Source: a bacterium
GTDB taxonomy: Bacteria > SAR324 > NAC60-12
Assembly (NCBI GenBank): GCA_965205865.1
Contig: CBDBHR010000024.1
Coordinates: 32,001-96,000, forward strand
Length of the DNA stretch: 64,000 bases
Direction of reading: 5' to 3'
The translations under genes were made by a program, and so were the position numbers. The notes under the pieces were generated by a model. That model made no database searches. It saw only the letters and a list, made by a program, of their open reading frames with translations, and was not told the origin of the DNA. This document shows positions 1-9,967 of the stretch, piece by piece. Position 1 is the stretch's first letter. Each line of letters opens with the position of its first letter.

Positions 1-1
1 T

Positions 2-568
2 CATCATGAAAAAATCTTTTCCATCTTCGAGCCCCACACCGAGTGGATCAGCAAGGGCAAGGCGGGAGTGCCGGTGGAACTCGGACTCAGGGTCAACATC
101 ATCGAGGACCAGCATCAATTCATCCTTCACCATCAGGTGATGCGCAGGCAGACCGATGAGAAGGTGGCCGTGGAAATCGTCGAAGAAACCAAAAAACGCT
201 TCCCCGAGCTTACGGTCGTGAGTTGGGACAAGGGCGCTCACAGCCCACAGAATCAGCGTGAACTCAAAGCACTGCCGGATCTTGTCGTGCTTCCCAAAAA
301 AGGCAAGTTGAGCAAAGCAGACCGGCAGAGAGAAGATTCCCGGGAATTCAAACTCCTGCGCCGCCAACACTCTGCGGTCGAATCCGCCATCAACGCTCTG
401 GATGCGCACGGACTCGACCGATGTCCGGATCATGGAATCAAGGGGTTCGAACGCTATGTCGCTCTGGCTGTGCTTGCAAAAAACATCCACCGTCTCGGCA
501 CCGTCCTGCGTGAACAGCAAAAAGAACGGCAGCATCGTAAACGAGGACCCTACAAAAAAGCGGCCTGA
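2..568 (+). mobile_element. ISNCY/IS5-like DDE transposase, 3' part (cut by window edge); element probably ends near 755
   Basis: Frame open from base 2: HHEKIFSIFEPHTEWISKGKAGVPVELG...WDKG...RQHSAVESAINAL, motifs typical of ISNCY-type transposases. Confidence 0.85.
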
Positions 569-1122
569 ACCCAAGAGTGACTCCCCATTCTGAAACAAGA
601 GGGGAGAGGTGTGTCCAAAAATAGGGGGGTAACAAAAAATTAGGGATCCCAAAGAAAAATAGCTTCAATTCTCTAAAATATGGCTTGTTCAAAAACAGAT
701 GTTCTCGCGGATTCTACACCTCTTATTAATAAAATTGTATTTTTCTGTCAGGCACTAACTAAAATGTTAAATGTTACTCTCGTTCCGTGACGGGACGCAG
801 GCAGGACGAATTTTGGGAGGGGCGTGAATAGCGGGTGTCTATAAACAGGGTCTTGGGGTTCTTGAGAGGGAATGGTAGCACCGGATTCCATTCCAGGGAA
901 AATCTTTGGCGTGGCGGCAGATTCCAGCACGAACCAGGTTTCGCTCCACCTATCTTGCCGCGGCGCTCAAGTGGGCAAGATCTCCTGGACAAGAGAAGAA
1001 ACGTTCAATTTCTGAAGTGAAAATTCAATGCTCGATAATGATTCACAACCATTATCAAATGAAGGAATCCATTGCAAATAATTGGTAACTGTCCCCGGAT
1101 TTACATGATCTGTTGGCGGTAA

Positions 1123-1260
1123 CTGGAGGAAAAGTGGATTCCTCTGACCGCTGCCCGGCTCGAGGTGATCGATAATCAGGTCACTGCCATTCAGGATTAT
1201 ATTCATGTGGAATACCTGCTCGAAGATGCCGAAATTATCAGTCCCCCTCCTGCAGATTGA
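1123..1260 (+). pseudogene. Possible C-terminal remnant of an ECF sigma factor with SnoaL-like extension
   Basis: Startless frame WIPLTAARLEVIDNQVTAIQDYIHVEYLLEDAE*; family resemblance from memory only. Confidence 0.3.
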
Positions 1261-1328
1261 TTCTTTTCATTGAGACAGGATACCATTCTCCCTCCTACGT
1301 ATTGATATCGTACCTACAATCGGATATT

Positions 1329-1365
1329 CAAAAATCCTCCCACCCGCTGGGCCGGGAGGGAGGAA
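1329..1365 (-). terminator. Intrinsic terminator after SBP1
   Basis: Minus-strand CCTCCC...GGGAGG stem followed by ATTTTT; a related sequence follows SBP3. Confidence 0.6.
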
Positions 1366-1393
1366 AGAAGAGGGTCCATTGAGAAGAAGGGGT

Positions 1394-3286
1394 CTAAAAC
1401 CCCATTTCTTTCTTCAGCGCCTGGTCAATCCAGAGGCGGGCGAAGACGCCATTTAAGGCCATGTTGCCCATTTGCATTTCCCCGTTATACCCGATGAGCC
1501 ACGGTTGGTTCGCGTTAAACTGGGGCGCTCTCCCCGCCCAGATATACCAGTGGTTTTTGATAATGTACATATCGGCCTCGATAATCACCTTCTGCTGCTC
1601 CTCCAGGGTCGTCGCAGCATTGGCGGCTTCCACCATGGCGTCATACACCGGGTCTTGGGCATCCGTAAAGTTCAGATGAGGAGCCGCCGAGGTATTCCAG
1701 GCTAACTGCCCCAGAGGGTTCCACTCGTAGCCCGGAACCGCATCAATAATCCCATCATGAAGTTGTTTTCGTGTGTGATAAACGCCGTAAGTAGTGCCGT
1801 CGACCTCCTGAATCTCCACAGCAACGCCAATCTTACCCCAGTAGTTGGCCACTAATTCTCGAAAGGCTAAATCCCAGCGATTGAAATGGATCAAGACGGT
1901 CTTGAAGCGAATGCCGTCGGCGCCGCGCGGATACCCCGCCTCATCCAGGAGCTTCTCGGCCCCATCCGGGTCATAGGTATATTCTTGCTGAAGCGCTTCG
2001 GGCCACTCGTCAAAGGGGATGACATAGCCCTTTAAACCAATCCCATTCAACCCCATCGGTTTCCATTCGGCCCACCCCCTGAAGTAGGTCTCGTTAATGG
2101 TCTCCAGGTCCAGTGCTTTCTGCAATGCTATGCGTACCCTGAGATCGTCAAAGGGCGGCTTGCGCACGGCAGTCGCAAAAGAGGTTTCCGAGCGAAAGGC
2201 AAAGGGATGCAGCGCGATTTCGGGGTTGGTCTTCTTGAGGCTCTCTGCCTCGTCGATGGTAAATATTTGAGAGACGCCGAGGTGCCCGATGTAATCCAGC
2301 TTCCCCGAGCGCAGTGCCGCCATACGGGTGGGGTCTTCCGGCAAAATCAGGGCCCTCAACTCGTCAACGTAGGGCAAGCGGTTCTGCGGGTATTTTTCGT
2401 CGGTGCCCCAGTAGTCCGGATTCTTGACCCAGGTCATCGAGCTGCCCTCGACCCAGTCGGTCAGCATAAAGGGGCCGGTACCGACCAGGTTCCTCCAATC
2501 CTTCACATCGCCGTGTTGCCGGATGACCTCGGGGGGCTGGATAAAAACAATGGGATCGTCGAGGATCGTCAACAACGCACCGGGCTGTGGTTGCTCCAGC
2601 TTAAACACAACCGTATCTTTGTCGGTGGCGGTGATCGATTCGAATGGCAAAGCGTTGATAGCCGTAGCAAAGGTGCTCGGTTCGGTGAAGCCGCTACCCA
2701 TACCCGTGAGGCGGTGGAAGTTAAACACGATATCATCAGCTGTCAGCGCACGGCCGTTCATGGGTGCCTTGTCATGCCAGTGCACACCCTGGCGGATTTT
2801 GAAGACAATCGTGAGTGGGTCGGGCTGCTCCCAGCTTTCCGCCAGCTGCCCTCTGATGGCAAAGAGAGGCGTGAAGTTTGACTTAAAGTGGTGTTCGTTC
2901 CGATCGATTCCCCAGTTTCCGTCAGCTAACTTCTCGACAACGCCACTGTGGGCGGCGCCTGCCGGTGAACCAAACCAGGAGTCCGTATGCGGAGGCTCAC
3001 TCTTCTTGGCATAGGTCAAGGTGCCGCCATACGATGGCGCGACTACCACCTTACCGGTGCTGGGGTCGGTCACATACTTCTGAGCGGCAGCCGGACTGAC
3101 CCAAAATGCAGTCACCATCAGGATGAGGGTGAGCAGAATCGATTGAATTTTACTTATTTTATTTTTATTGATTGGCATAATTTTTCTCCTATTCAAATTA
3201 TTAAAAATAATAGTGAGGGCTGTTTTGAAACATGTTTTCACTCCCGAAAGCACGTTCTCGACGATGCTTCTGATTATTCGTTCCAT
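1394..3286 (-). CDS. ABC transporter family-5 solute-binding protein (SBP1); second in-frame start about 36 codons in
   Basis: 630 aa; signal peptide, DPSTGKVVVAPSYGGTLT, GQLAESWE, IRQGVHWH, GTGPF, NPDYW motifs. Confidence 0.93.
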   Translation of the reverse strand: MERIIRSIVENVLSGVKTCFKTALTIIFNNLNRRKIMPINKNKISKIQSILLTLILMVTAFWVSPAAAQKYVTDPSTGKVVVAPSYGGTLTYAKKSEPPHTDSWFGSPAGAAHSGVVEKLADGNWGIDRNEHHFKSNFTPLFAIRGQLAESWEQPDPLTIVFKIRQGVHWHDKAPMNGRALTADDIVFNFHRLTGMGSGFTEPSTFATAINALPFESITATDKDTVVFKLEQPQPGALLTILDDPIVFIQPPEVIRQHGDVKDWRNLVGTGPFMLTDWVEGSSMTWVKNPDYWGTDEKYPQNRLPYVDELRALILPEDPTRMAALRSGKLDYIGHLGVSQIFTIDEAESLKKTNPEIALHPFAFRSETSFATAVRKPPFDDLRVRIALQKALDLETINETYFRGWAEWKPMGLNGIGLKGYVIPFDEWPEALQQEYTYDPDGAEKLLDEAGYPRGADGIRFKTVLIHFNRWDLAFRELVANYWGKIGVAVEIQEVDGTTYGVYHTRKQLHDGIIDAVPGYEWNPLGQLAWNTSAAPHLNFTDAQDPVYDAMVEAANAATTLEEQQKVIIEADMYIIKNHWYIWAGRAPQFNANQPWLIGYNGEMQMGNMALNGVFARLWIDQALKKEMGF

Positions 3287-3344
3287 TTTGACCTTTCATA
3301 TCAGGAGTTAAAAAAGCAATATTCCCCATGAATATTACCATATC

Positions 3345-3530
3345 AAAAAAACCGATCCATTGGCTCCAGCATGGGGCAATGCACCCTGACCTTTCAATTC
3401 TCTTGAGGAATTTCCATTGGCTGAAATGAACTGAGGGGTAATTTAAGGATCTCTCCCTGAAGACTTGAGCGCCGCTTCCGCGTACGGCCCCGTCGAGATA
3501 AGATAAGGGGGAACAACCCAATGAACTTGG
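3345..3530 (-). promoter_or_regulatory. Conserved leader element, copy A (candidate cis-regulatory RNA)
   Basis: Closely matches 9592-9762; ends in a CATTG..CAATG hairpin plus U-tract before the SBP start. Confidence 0.5.
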
Positions 3531-3602
3531 GATTTGGGATTTAGGACTTGGGAACTGGGTGCTTGGAGCTTAGAACTTGGGGTGCCGGGTGCCGGGTGCC
3601 GG
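3526..3602. repeat. Degenerate 7-nt tandem array (about 11 units, e.g. CTTGGGA/GTGCCGG)
   Basis: 7-nt periodicity read directly. Confidence 0.8.
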
Positions 3603-3603
3603 A

Positions 3604-3632
3604 ATTGTACTATCATTTTAACCTCTTGTCAA
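3604..3632 (-). promoter_or_regulatory. Sigma70-type promoter of SBP1
   Basis: TTGACA-N17-TACAAT on the minus strand; position conserved in copy B. Confidence 0.8.
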
Positions 3633-3745
3633 GATATTTTTTATACTCAAAACAGGTTAATTTCAGACTTTCATGTCATCCTGACGATACGCCGAAGCGG
3701 CAAAGCGAAGGATCGCATTATTGCCATTCCGTTCCTGGAATAATA

Positions 3746-4040
3746 TTATATAATCGTTCTGCAAATGATGGTCAAGGTTTTTTTGAATAGGGCGACTCAT
3801 TCATTCATGAGTGTCTTCTGATGATCAACGAAAATACTTTTTCATTTTAAGATATAGAAGTCAACATTTTTGGCACTTTTCAATTCCCCGTTGACCGTTT
3901 CTAAAAATCCTCTGGTGAGGATATGAGGTTTTACATGACTTTCGGCTAAAAATATTAGCGAAATTGAAATAAAACCTTCAGCCAAAGGCGATTTCTTGAA
4001 AACTATCACAAAAGAAAACGAAAGACCAGCAGAAATTCTT
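3746..4040. repeat. Distal part of the duplicated upstream block (copy of about 10081-10380); a ~46-bp unit recurs at 71-bp spacing (3971, 4042)
   Basis: TATATAATCGTTCTGCAAATGATGGTCAAGG...AACTATCACAAAAGAA shared by both copies. Confidence 0.85.
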
Positions 4041-4519
4041 AAAAACCTTCAGCCCAAGGCGTTTTCTTGAAAACTATCACAAAAGAACGATGATAGCAAA
4101 ATCCTGGTAGATTTCATGATCCCCTTCAGTATCCTCTTTATATAACAATATTCAGAGGAGGTCAATCAATTTTTTTGCTCCTCTTAACTCCTCAGTGGCG
4201 AGTGCTTGTCTCATCCTGGAGTTGATCCTCGCTGCTCTCTGTGTCAGTCCTTGAAAATACTGGGCAATCCTGCCCTTCTAGGAACGAAAAGCATGGGATT
4301 CAGAGCAGATCATTTCAAGGAGTAATGAGCACTCGGCAGGCGTTTCGATGCCCCGCTGAGATAACTGGGAAAACTCTTTCAGTTCTGCTATGCTTAAAAC
4401 TTTTCTTTTTTGGAAGAAGGCCAATATCTTTTTCTCGAGGGGTTTGTCGGTTCGGTTCATTTTGACCGGAGACTCCCCTGATCTTTCAAGGGATTGCGGG
4501 GAAATCTACCAAGATGTTG

Positions 4520-4679
4520 CCTTCAGAGAGCCAGTGGCGATAACGCTGATGACATCATTGATGATTTTCCGAATTGGAAGGCAGAGGATATTGAGGCTTG
4601 TCTCGCCGATACCGCCTCCCTGGCAGAAGAACCAATCATTCCAATGGATTTAGAAGCGCAGGAAGGTACGCTATGGTGA
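4520..4679 (+). pseudogene. DUF433-family antitoxin remnant
   Basis: ASGDNADDIIDDFPNWKAEDIEACLA resembles the DUF433 C-terminus; N-terminus missing. Confidence 0.55.
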
Positions 4680-4793
4680 AAAACGGGAGAACTCTGCGTA
4701 CGATAGAAATTGAATAAAAGGAACTCATACAATCAACAAAACTGCATGATCGATTCGTTCAATATCAAAACGAGCATAGTATGATGAAGAAAT

Positions 4794-5087
4794 ATGAAAT
4801 ATCAAATTGAAATCAAACCTGGGGCACAGCAAGATCTGAGTTATTATAGCTCGTATATCCAGAAAATTATTGTAAAAGCGATTGAAAAGCATTTACAATA
4901 TGATGCCAATATTCAGACAAAGAAAAGAAAGGAGTTTCGAGAGAACCCAATAGCAGCTTGGGAATTACGAATAGGAGAATATCGTGTGTTCTATGAAATT
5001 GAGGGAAGTAATAAAGTCAATGTACTGGCTATCGGACATAAAGAAAATCATGTTTTGTTTATACGAAATGAGGAGGTGAAGTTATGA
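4794..5087 (+). CDS. RelE/ParE-family type II toxin
   Basis: 97 aa; WELRIGEYRVFYEI and VLAIGHK motifs. Confidence 0.85.
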   Translation: MKYQIEIKPGAQQDLSYYSSYIQKIIVKAIEKHLQYDANIQTKKRKEFRENPIAAWELRIGEYRVFYEIEGSNKVNVLAIGHKENHVLFIRNEEVKL

Positions 5088-5332
5088 AAACCATTGATCT
5101 AACAAAAGAAAAACATTCCATTGAAAAAATATTAAGTATGGCTAAATTAGACACTGTTCTGATTCAAGGAACTGATGGAGTCCAGTATATTTTGGAAGAG
5201 GCTGATGAATTTGAAAAAGAAGTTGCTACTTTAGGGAACAGTGAAAAATTCATGGCTTTTTTACAAAAGAGATCAAAAGAAAAGGGAGAGATATCCTTAG
5301 CGGATATGAAAAAAAATCTAGGTGTTTCATAA
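5084..5332 (+). CDS. Putative cognate antitoxin (Phd/YefM-like)
   Basis: 82 aa; ATGA overlap with the toxin, GAGGAGG SD. Confidence 0.7.
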   Translation: MKTIDLTKEKHSIEKILSMAKLDTVLIQGTDGVQYILEEADEFEKEVATLGNSEKFMAFLQKRSKEKGEISLADMKKNLGVS

Positions 5333-5348
5333 TTTTTAAACAACTTCT

Positions 5349-5545
5349 GGGACCCTTCAAAAATAGTAAAAAGTAGTTTACAGTTTGCCGCCTTTGTTGT
5401 CATTCCTGCGCAAGCAGGAATCCACCGGGCTGGCGTTCCAGTGGTAGTCACGAAGATGGATCCCCCTACGCGGGCCACCACATTCACGACGGTACGCCGA
5501 AGCGGGATGACAGAGGAACTGTAAACTGGAAAATGAAAGGTGCCC
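5349..5545. repeat. MITE-like container with nested palindromic REP/RPE-like element (5399-5510)
   Basis: Flanking AACTTCT direct repeat; inner IR AGTTTACAGTT/AACTGTAAACT; GTCATTCCTGCGCAAGCAGGAATCC...GGGATGAC. Confidence 0.55.
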
Positions 5546-5681
5546 AACTTCTAAAATAAAATTTCTAAAAAATGGATCAACCTGACTTCTTACCCGCACT
5601 TTTTCAATCGAAGCTAATCAAAAGGTTCAAAGTTCATTGCGTTATTCAAAATTTAGTGGAACGGGTAAGAAACAGGTTAAG

Positions 5682-6575
5682 CTACTCGCGCTCGCCAGTC
5701 AGGGTCGGCAGGACGTTCGCCAGAGTGATGCCGAAGTCGTGTTCCTGGACGTGTTGTAAAACCGGGAAATTCAACTTGTTCTGGCCTGCGAGACTTTTCA
5801 TCCGGTGAGGTGTGGGACTGCCGGCCACCCGATGCCAGTCGATCGGCGTCTCCGGATCGCAGGTGCGCAGCGAAACCGCGAGGCGCCGATCGTCGGTCGT
5901 CTGCGTCGCGTGTATGGTGTTGAGGCTCAGCAGCAGCAGGTCGCCGACCCCCACCTCCGGAGTCTCCATGACATCCTCGATTTCGAGGTTCTCCTCGTGC
6001 CAGAGGACCCCACTCCAGTCGGAAAAGTACAAGGTGCCCCCATCACGAAGCGCGAACAGTCTACTCGCGCCCGAGCGCTGACAGAGGTTGAACACTCGCG
6101 GCGACTTCTCGCGAAGCCGATCCCAGGGAATCACGCGCAGTCCTGCCTCGGTGGGGGAAGGCTTGACCAACGGAATCCAGTAATTGAGATGAGTCCGATT
6201 GTACTCGGTCAGGTAGAAGTGATCGTGATCCTGATGCCAGCGATTATTGGCTACCGGCGTCTGGAGATAGAGGATTTGATAGAGCGCGGCCTTGGCTCCG
6301 GTGACTCTCTGAGCAAATTCTTCCATCCGCGGACCTATTCTTTGGAAGGTCTCTCGTCGTCCCATTGCGTTAGCACGCAGCGCTCCCGTTTGACCGGTAA
6401 CCGGCTTGTCGCCAAGGTGCTTCGCCGCATGCTTGGTTTTCGTTAGTGGGGCATAGTCTGGGCTGGCATCGAATTCTGCCACGAGGAAGTCGATCTCATC
6501 ACGGCTCAGAAATTCCGGGATAACGCAGAAGCCCCGTTTCTCGAGCGAGGAGGCTATCGTCTTGAAATTGGTCAT
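5682..6575 (-). CDS. PhyH-family 2OG-Fe(II) dioxygenase
   Basis: N-terminal GFCVIPEFLS, HxD (WHQD), GDLLL...H, distal RLAVS. Confidence 0.85.
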   Translation of the reverse strand: MTNFKTIASSLEKRGFCVIPEFLSRDEIDFLVAEFDASPDYAPLTKTKHAAKHLGDKPVTGQTGALRANAMGRRETFQRIGPRMEEFAQRVTGAKAALYQILYLQTPVANNRWHQDHDHFYLTEYNRTHLNYWIPLVKPSPTEAGLRVIPWDRLREKSPRVFNLCQRSGASRLFALRDGGTLYFSDWSGVLWHEENLEIEDVMETPEVGVGDLLLLSLNTIHATQTTDDRRLAVSLRTCDPETPIDWHRVAGSPTPHRMKSLAGQNKLNFPVLQHVQEHDFGITLANVLPTLTGERE

Positions 6576-6734
6576 GAGTATACCTTTCTAAAAGATTCGG
6601 TTTTTTGTGCTAAAGACACAATGAAGATGGTTGCTGACGTAGGAATGGGGCATGAAACCTCATTGTTGTGTCGTCCCTCCGGGACTACTTCTTACATACG
6701 AATCTCAAACCTATATTTACCGGAAGCATAACGG

Positions 6735-7691
6735 TTATTCATACCTCACCCGTGGGTCCAAATAGGGATAAATCAGGTCGATGAGGAGATTGAGCCCCAC
6801 CACGCCGGTGGCGAAAAACAGGTTGACGCCAGAGATCAGCGGGTAGTCCCGGTCGGTGAGAGCATTCACCATGAGACGTCCGAGCCCCGGCAGGTTGAAG
6901 ATGTTCTCCATGATCACCGCGCCCCCGATCAGGATTGGCAACTGTAAGCCGATCAGGGAGACCACCGGGATGAGGGCATTTTTGATGGTGTGCCGGATCA
7001 CCACGATCCGCTCCTTGAGCCCCTTGGACCAGGCGGTGCGGATATAGTCCTGCCTTAAGACCTCCAGCATCATCGTGCGTGTCAGCCGCATGGTGGCCGC
7101 CGCCATCGCCGTCCCCTGAATCAGGCTGGGAATGATGAGGATGCCGAGATTCCCCAGCGGATCTTCGGAGAAAGGAATCCACTCCATCGGAGGCGACCAG
7201 CCCCACCAGATGGACGGGTAGAGCATCACCATAATGGCCAGCCAGAAGTTCGGTGTGGCCAGGCCGATGACGGCGAGGGAGCGCCCTGCGTAGTCGGCAG
7301 CGGTATCCTGACGAATCGCCGAGTAGATACCGACCGGCAGCGCGATCAGCAGCCCGATGACGATGGCCAGTAACCCCAGCTCAAGGGTGATGGGCAATCG
7401 ACGTAATATCTTCTCCTCTACCGCATCCCTGCTGCCAACCATGGAGTGGCCCAGGTTGCCGTGCAGGAGAATCCCTCCCAACCAACGTCCATACTGCGCA
7501 TAGGCAGGCACGTCCAATCCCAGCATACGCTCCAGAGCCTCACGGTCTACGTCAACCAGGAATTCCGACTTACCCAACATGGCGTCTATGACATCGCCCG
7601 GGATAAAGCGCACCGAAAAAAAGACGATGAGGCTCAAGATGAACAGGGTGGGGATGATCAGCAATAAGCGCCTGATGAGATAGGCTCTCAT
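6735..7691 (-). CDS. ABC peptide/nickel transporter permease (DppB/OppB-like)
   Basis: YLIRRLL...IPGD, QDYIRTAWSKGL (EAA loop), ENIFNLPGLG, LDPRVRY. Confidence 0.93.
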   Translation of the reverse strand: MRAYLIRRLLLIIPTLFILSLIVFFSVRFIPGDVIDAMLGKSEFLVDVDREALERMLGLDVPAYAQYGRWLGGILLHGNLGHSMVGSRDAVEEKILRRLPITLELGLLAIVIGLLIALPVGIYSAIRQDTAADYAGRSLAVIGLATPNFWLAIMVMLYPSIWWGWSPPMEWIPFSEDPLGNLGILIIPSLIQGTAMAAATMRLTRTMMLEVLRQDYIRTAWSKGLKERIVVIRHTIKNALIPVVSLIGLQLPILIGGAVIMENIFNLPGLGRLMVNALTDRDYPLISGVNLFFATGVVGLNLLIDLIYPYLDPRVRYE

Positions 7692-7700
7692 GGAAAACCC

Positions 7701-9566
7701 CTAATGCCCCATCTCTTTCTTCAGGTCCTGGTCAATCCAGAGGCGCGAGAGGATGAGACTATCCTCATTGGGTCCGAGATCGAATTCACCGTTGTAGCCT
7801 TTGATCCACGGATGGAGCGCCCACCACTGTGGACCTTTGGGACCCCATATCTGCCAATGATTCTCGATCGTGTACATATCTGCCTCTGCAATCAGCCTCT
7901 GCTGCTCCTCAAAGGTGGTCGCGGCCAGGGCGGCGTCAACCTTGGCGTCCAACTCAGGCCACTGATGTAAGGGGCGGTTCCACTGGGCGTCCGAGCGATA
8001 CCAGGTTACCGTCATGGAAGGGTTATAAGTGGTGCCCGCAATGCTGCCCATGATGCCTTCATAATCACGCGCGAATAGATCCTCGTGATATTTGGCCCAA
8101 TCCGTAATTTCATCAATCTCAAGCTCGACGCCAATCTCAGCCCAGTAGGCGGCAGCGATTTCTGAATAGCCTCCTTTCAAGCCCCCGAGGACCCTCATGC
8201 GGGTCTTGAAGCCATTGGGATAGCCCGCTTCCGCCAGCAGCTGCTTCGCCCCTTCCGGGTCGTACCGATAGCCCTTCTTGACCTCTTCGGGCCACTCTTC
8301 AAAGGGGATGTAATACCCTTTCACGCCGATCATCCCCTGGGGGGTCGGATCGGCCTCACCCTTAAAGTACGTAGCCGCAATGGTCTCCAGGTCCAGGGCC
8401 ATCTGCAGGGCCTTGCGCACGCGGAGGTCGTCAAAGGGCGGCTTGCGCACGTTTGCAGCAAAGGCATTACCCGACCGAAACCACTGCTTGTACAACACGA
8501 TGTCGGGGTTGGTCTCCCGGAGGCTATCTGCCGTGTCGATAGAAGTGATCGCACCCCCTGAAGGGCCTCTGAGATCAATCTTGCCTGAGCGCAGTGCCGA
8601 CATACGAGTGGCTTCCTCCGGAATCATCAAATATTTTAACTCGTCAATATAGGGCAAACGGTTCTGCGGGTACTTTTCGTCATGACCCCAGTAGTCCGGA
8701 TTTCGGGTCCGGGTTTCTGAGCTGCCCTCGACCACATCAGTCAGCAGAAAGGGCCCGGTGCCAGACAGGTTCCTCCAGTCCTTTGAGTCCCCATATTGCT
8801 TGATGACCTCCGGCGGCATGATGTATGTGAAGAGGTCGAGGGTGATGATGTGAAACGCGGAGAGGAAGGGCTTCTTGAGCTTCATGACAACCGTCGCATC
8901 GTCGGTGGCCGTGATCGACTCGAAGGGGATGCCATTGAGGAGGGCAGCGCCACCAAAGGAAGTCGGTCCGGCGTCGGTGAAGTCGCCCAGACCCAGCATA
9001 CGGTGAAAGGTAAACTCGACATCCTGCGCCGTCAGGAGACGGCCGTTCATCGGGGGCTTTTTGTGCCAGCGAACGCCTTGACGGATGTGGAAGATATAGG
9101 TTTTGTTGTCGGGCATTTCCCAACTTTCCGCCAGTCTCCCTGTGATGACAGACAGGGGGAACGGGTGTCCCGATTTCAAGTCCCATTCGTCTCTGGATAC
9201 TCCCCAGTTGCCGATAGCCAGCTTCTCCAAAATGCCCGTGAGTTGAGGGTCTGTCCAGTTGTAAAAGGGGTCCCAATTCCAATATTGACCTCCGGTAGCG
9301 AAGGTCAGTGTCCCGCCATATCGAGGAGCTTCCACCATTTCACTAGTGGTGGGGTCTTTGACCATCTCGGCAGCCATCGCTGCCGAACTGACCCCGAGAG
9401 CGGCCACCATCAGGGTGAGGGACAGCAGGATGGCACTGAAGGTTGATTTGCTTTTTTGATGATCCATTTTTTTCCTTTCTGCTTTTTGATTAAAAACAAG
9501 ATTTAGGATTGATTTAAAACCTGCTTTCTCTCCCGAAAGCACGTTGTCGAGGATTTCTCTACCCAT
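7701..9566 (-). CDS. ABC transporter family-5 solute-binding protein (SBP2); second in-frame start about 33 codons in
   Basis: 621 aa, paralog of SBP1 and SBP3. Confidence 0.93.
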   Translation of the reverse strand: MGREILDNVLSGEKAGFKSILNLVFNQKAERKKMDHQKSKSTFSAILLSLTLMVAALGVSSAAMAAEMVKDPTTSEMVEAPRYGGTLTFATGGQYWNWDPFYNWTDPQLTGILEKLAIGNWGVSRDEWDLKSGHPFPLSVITGRLAESWEMPDNKTYIFHIRQGVRWHKKPPMNGRLLTAQDVEFTFHRMLGLGDFTDAGPTSFGGAALLNGIPFESITATDDATVVMKLKKPFLSAFHIITLDLFTYIMPPEVIKQYGDSKDWRNLSGTGPFLLTDVVEGSSETRTRNPDYWGHDEKYPQNRLPYIDELKYLMIPEEATRMSALRSGKIDLRGPSGGAITSIDTADSLRETNPDIVLYKQWFRSGNAFAANVRKPPFDDLRVRKALQMALDLETIAATYFKGEADPTPQGMIGVKGYYIPFEEWPEEVKKGYRYDPEGAKQLLAEAGYPNGFKTRMRVLGGLKGGYSEIAAAYWAEIGVELEIDEITDWAKYHEDLFARDYEGIMGSIAGTTYNPSMTVTWYRSDAQWNRPLHQWPELDAKVDAALAATTFEEQQRLIAEADMYTIENHWQIWGPKGPQWWALHPWIKGYNGEFDLGPNEDSLILSRLWIDQDLKKEMGH

Positions 9567-9591
9567 TGGGTCTCCTTCATTTTGGAGTGAT

Positions 9592-9762
9592 CAAAAAACC
9601 GATTCATTGGCTCCAGGATTGGGCAATGAACCCTGACTTTTCAATTCTTTTGAGGATTTTCCATTTGCTGAAATGAACTTTGGTGTACTTTAAGGATCTC
9701 TCCCTGAAGACTTGAGTGTCCCCGTCGAGATGAGATAAGGGGGGACAGCCCAATGAACTTGG
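9592..9762 (-). promoter_or_regulatory. Conserved leader element, copy B
   Basis: Matches 3345-3530 apart from scattered substitutions and a 15-nt indel. Confidence 0.5.
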
Positions 9763-9933
9763 GATCTGGAAACTGGGAACTGGAAGCTTGTGAATTGGAA
9801 GCTTGTGAATTGGGGCTTGAAACTTGTTGCTTTGAGCTTGGGGCTTTGGCCTTGGAATTTGGGGCTTGGAACGAGGAACTGAGAGCTGGGTGCTTGTGAC
9901 TTAATACTGGGAACTGGGAACTGGGAACTGGGT
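9758..9933. repeat. Degenerate 7-nt tandem array (about 25 units, e.g. CTGGGAA/CTTGGAA)
   Basis: 7-nt periodicity read directly. Confidence 0.85.
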
Positions 9934-9938
9934 GTTTG

Positions 9939-9967
9939 ATCTTACTCTCATTTCAACCATTTGTCAA
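9939..9967 (-). promoter_or_regulatory. Sigma70-type promoter of the SBP2-permease unit
   Basis: TTGACA-N17-TAAGAT on the minus strand. Confidence 0.75.

Noticed and set aside
3201-3521. 106-aa ORF across the SBP1 leader
   Set aside because: Copy B has a stop at the equivalent TGG and most substitutions are non-synonymous; TTG start without SD, although the 15-nt indel keeps frame
3345-3530. Known riboswitch or T-box
   Set aside because: Lacks the hallmark motifs I checked by eye (T-box GGTGGNACC, B12 box, TPP CTGAGA, SAM-I core); left as an unclassified candidate
4794-5340. RelE-type TA pair as an integron cassette
   Set aside because: No recognisable attC boxes on either side
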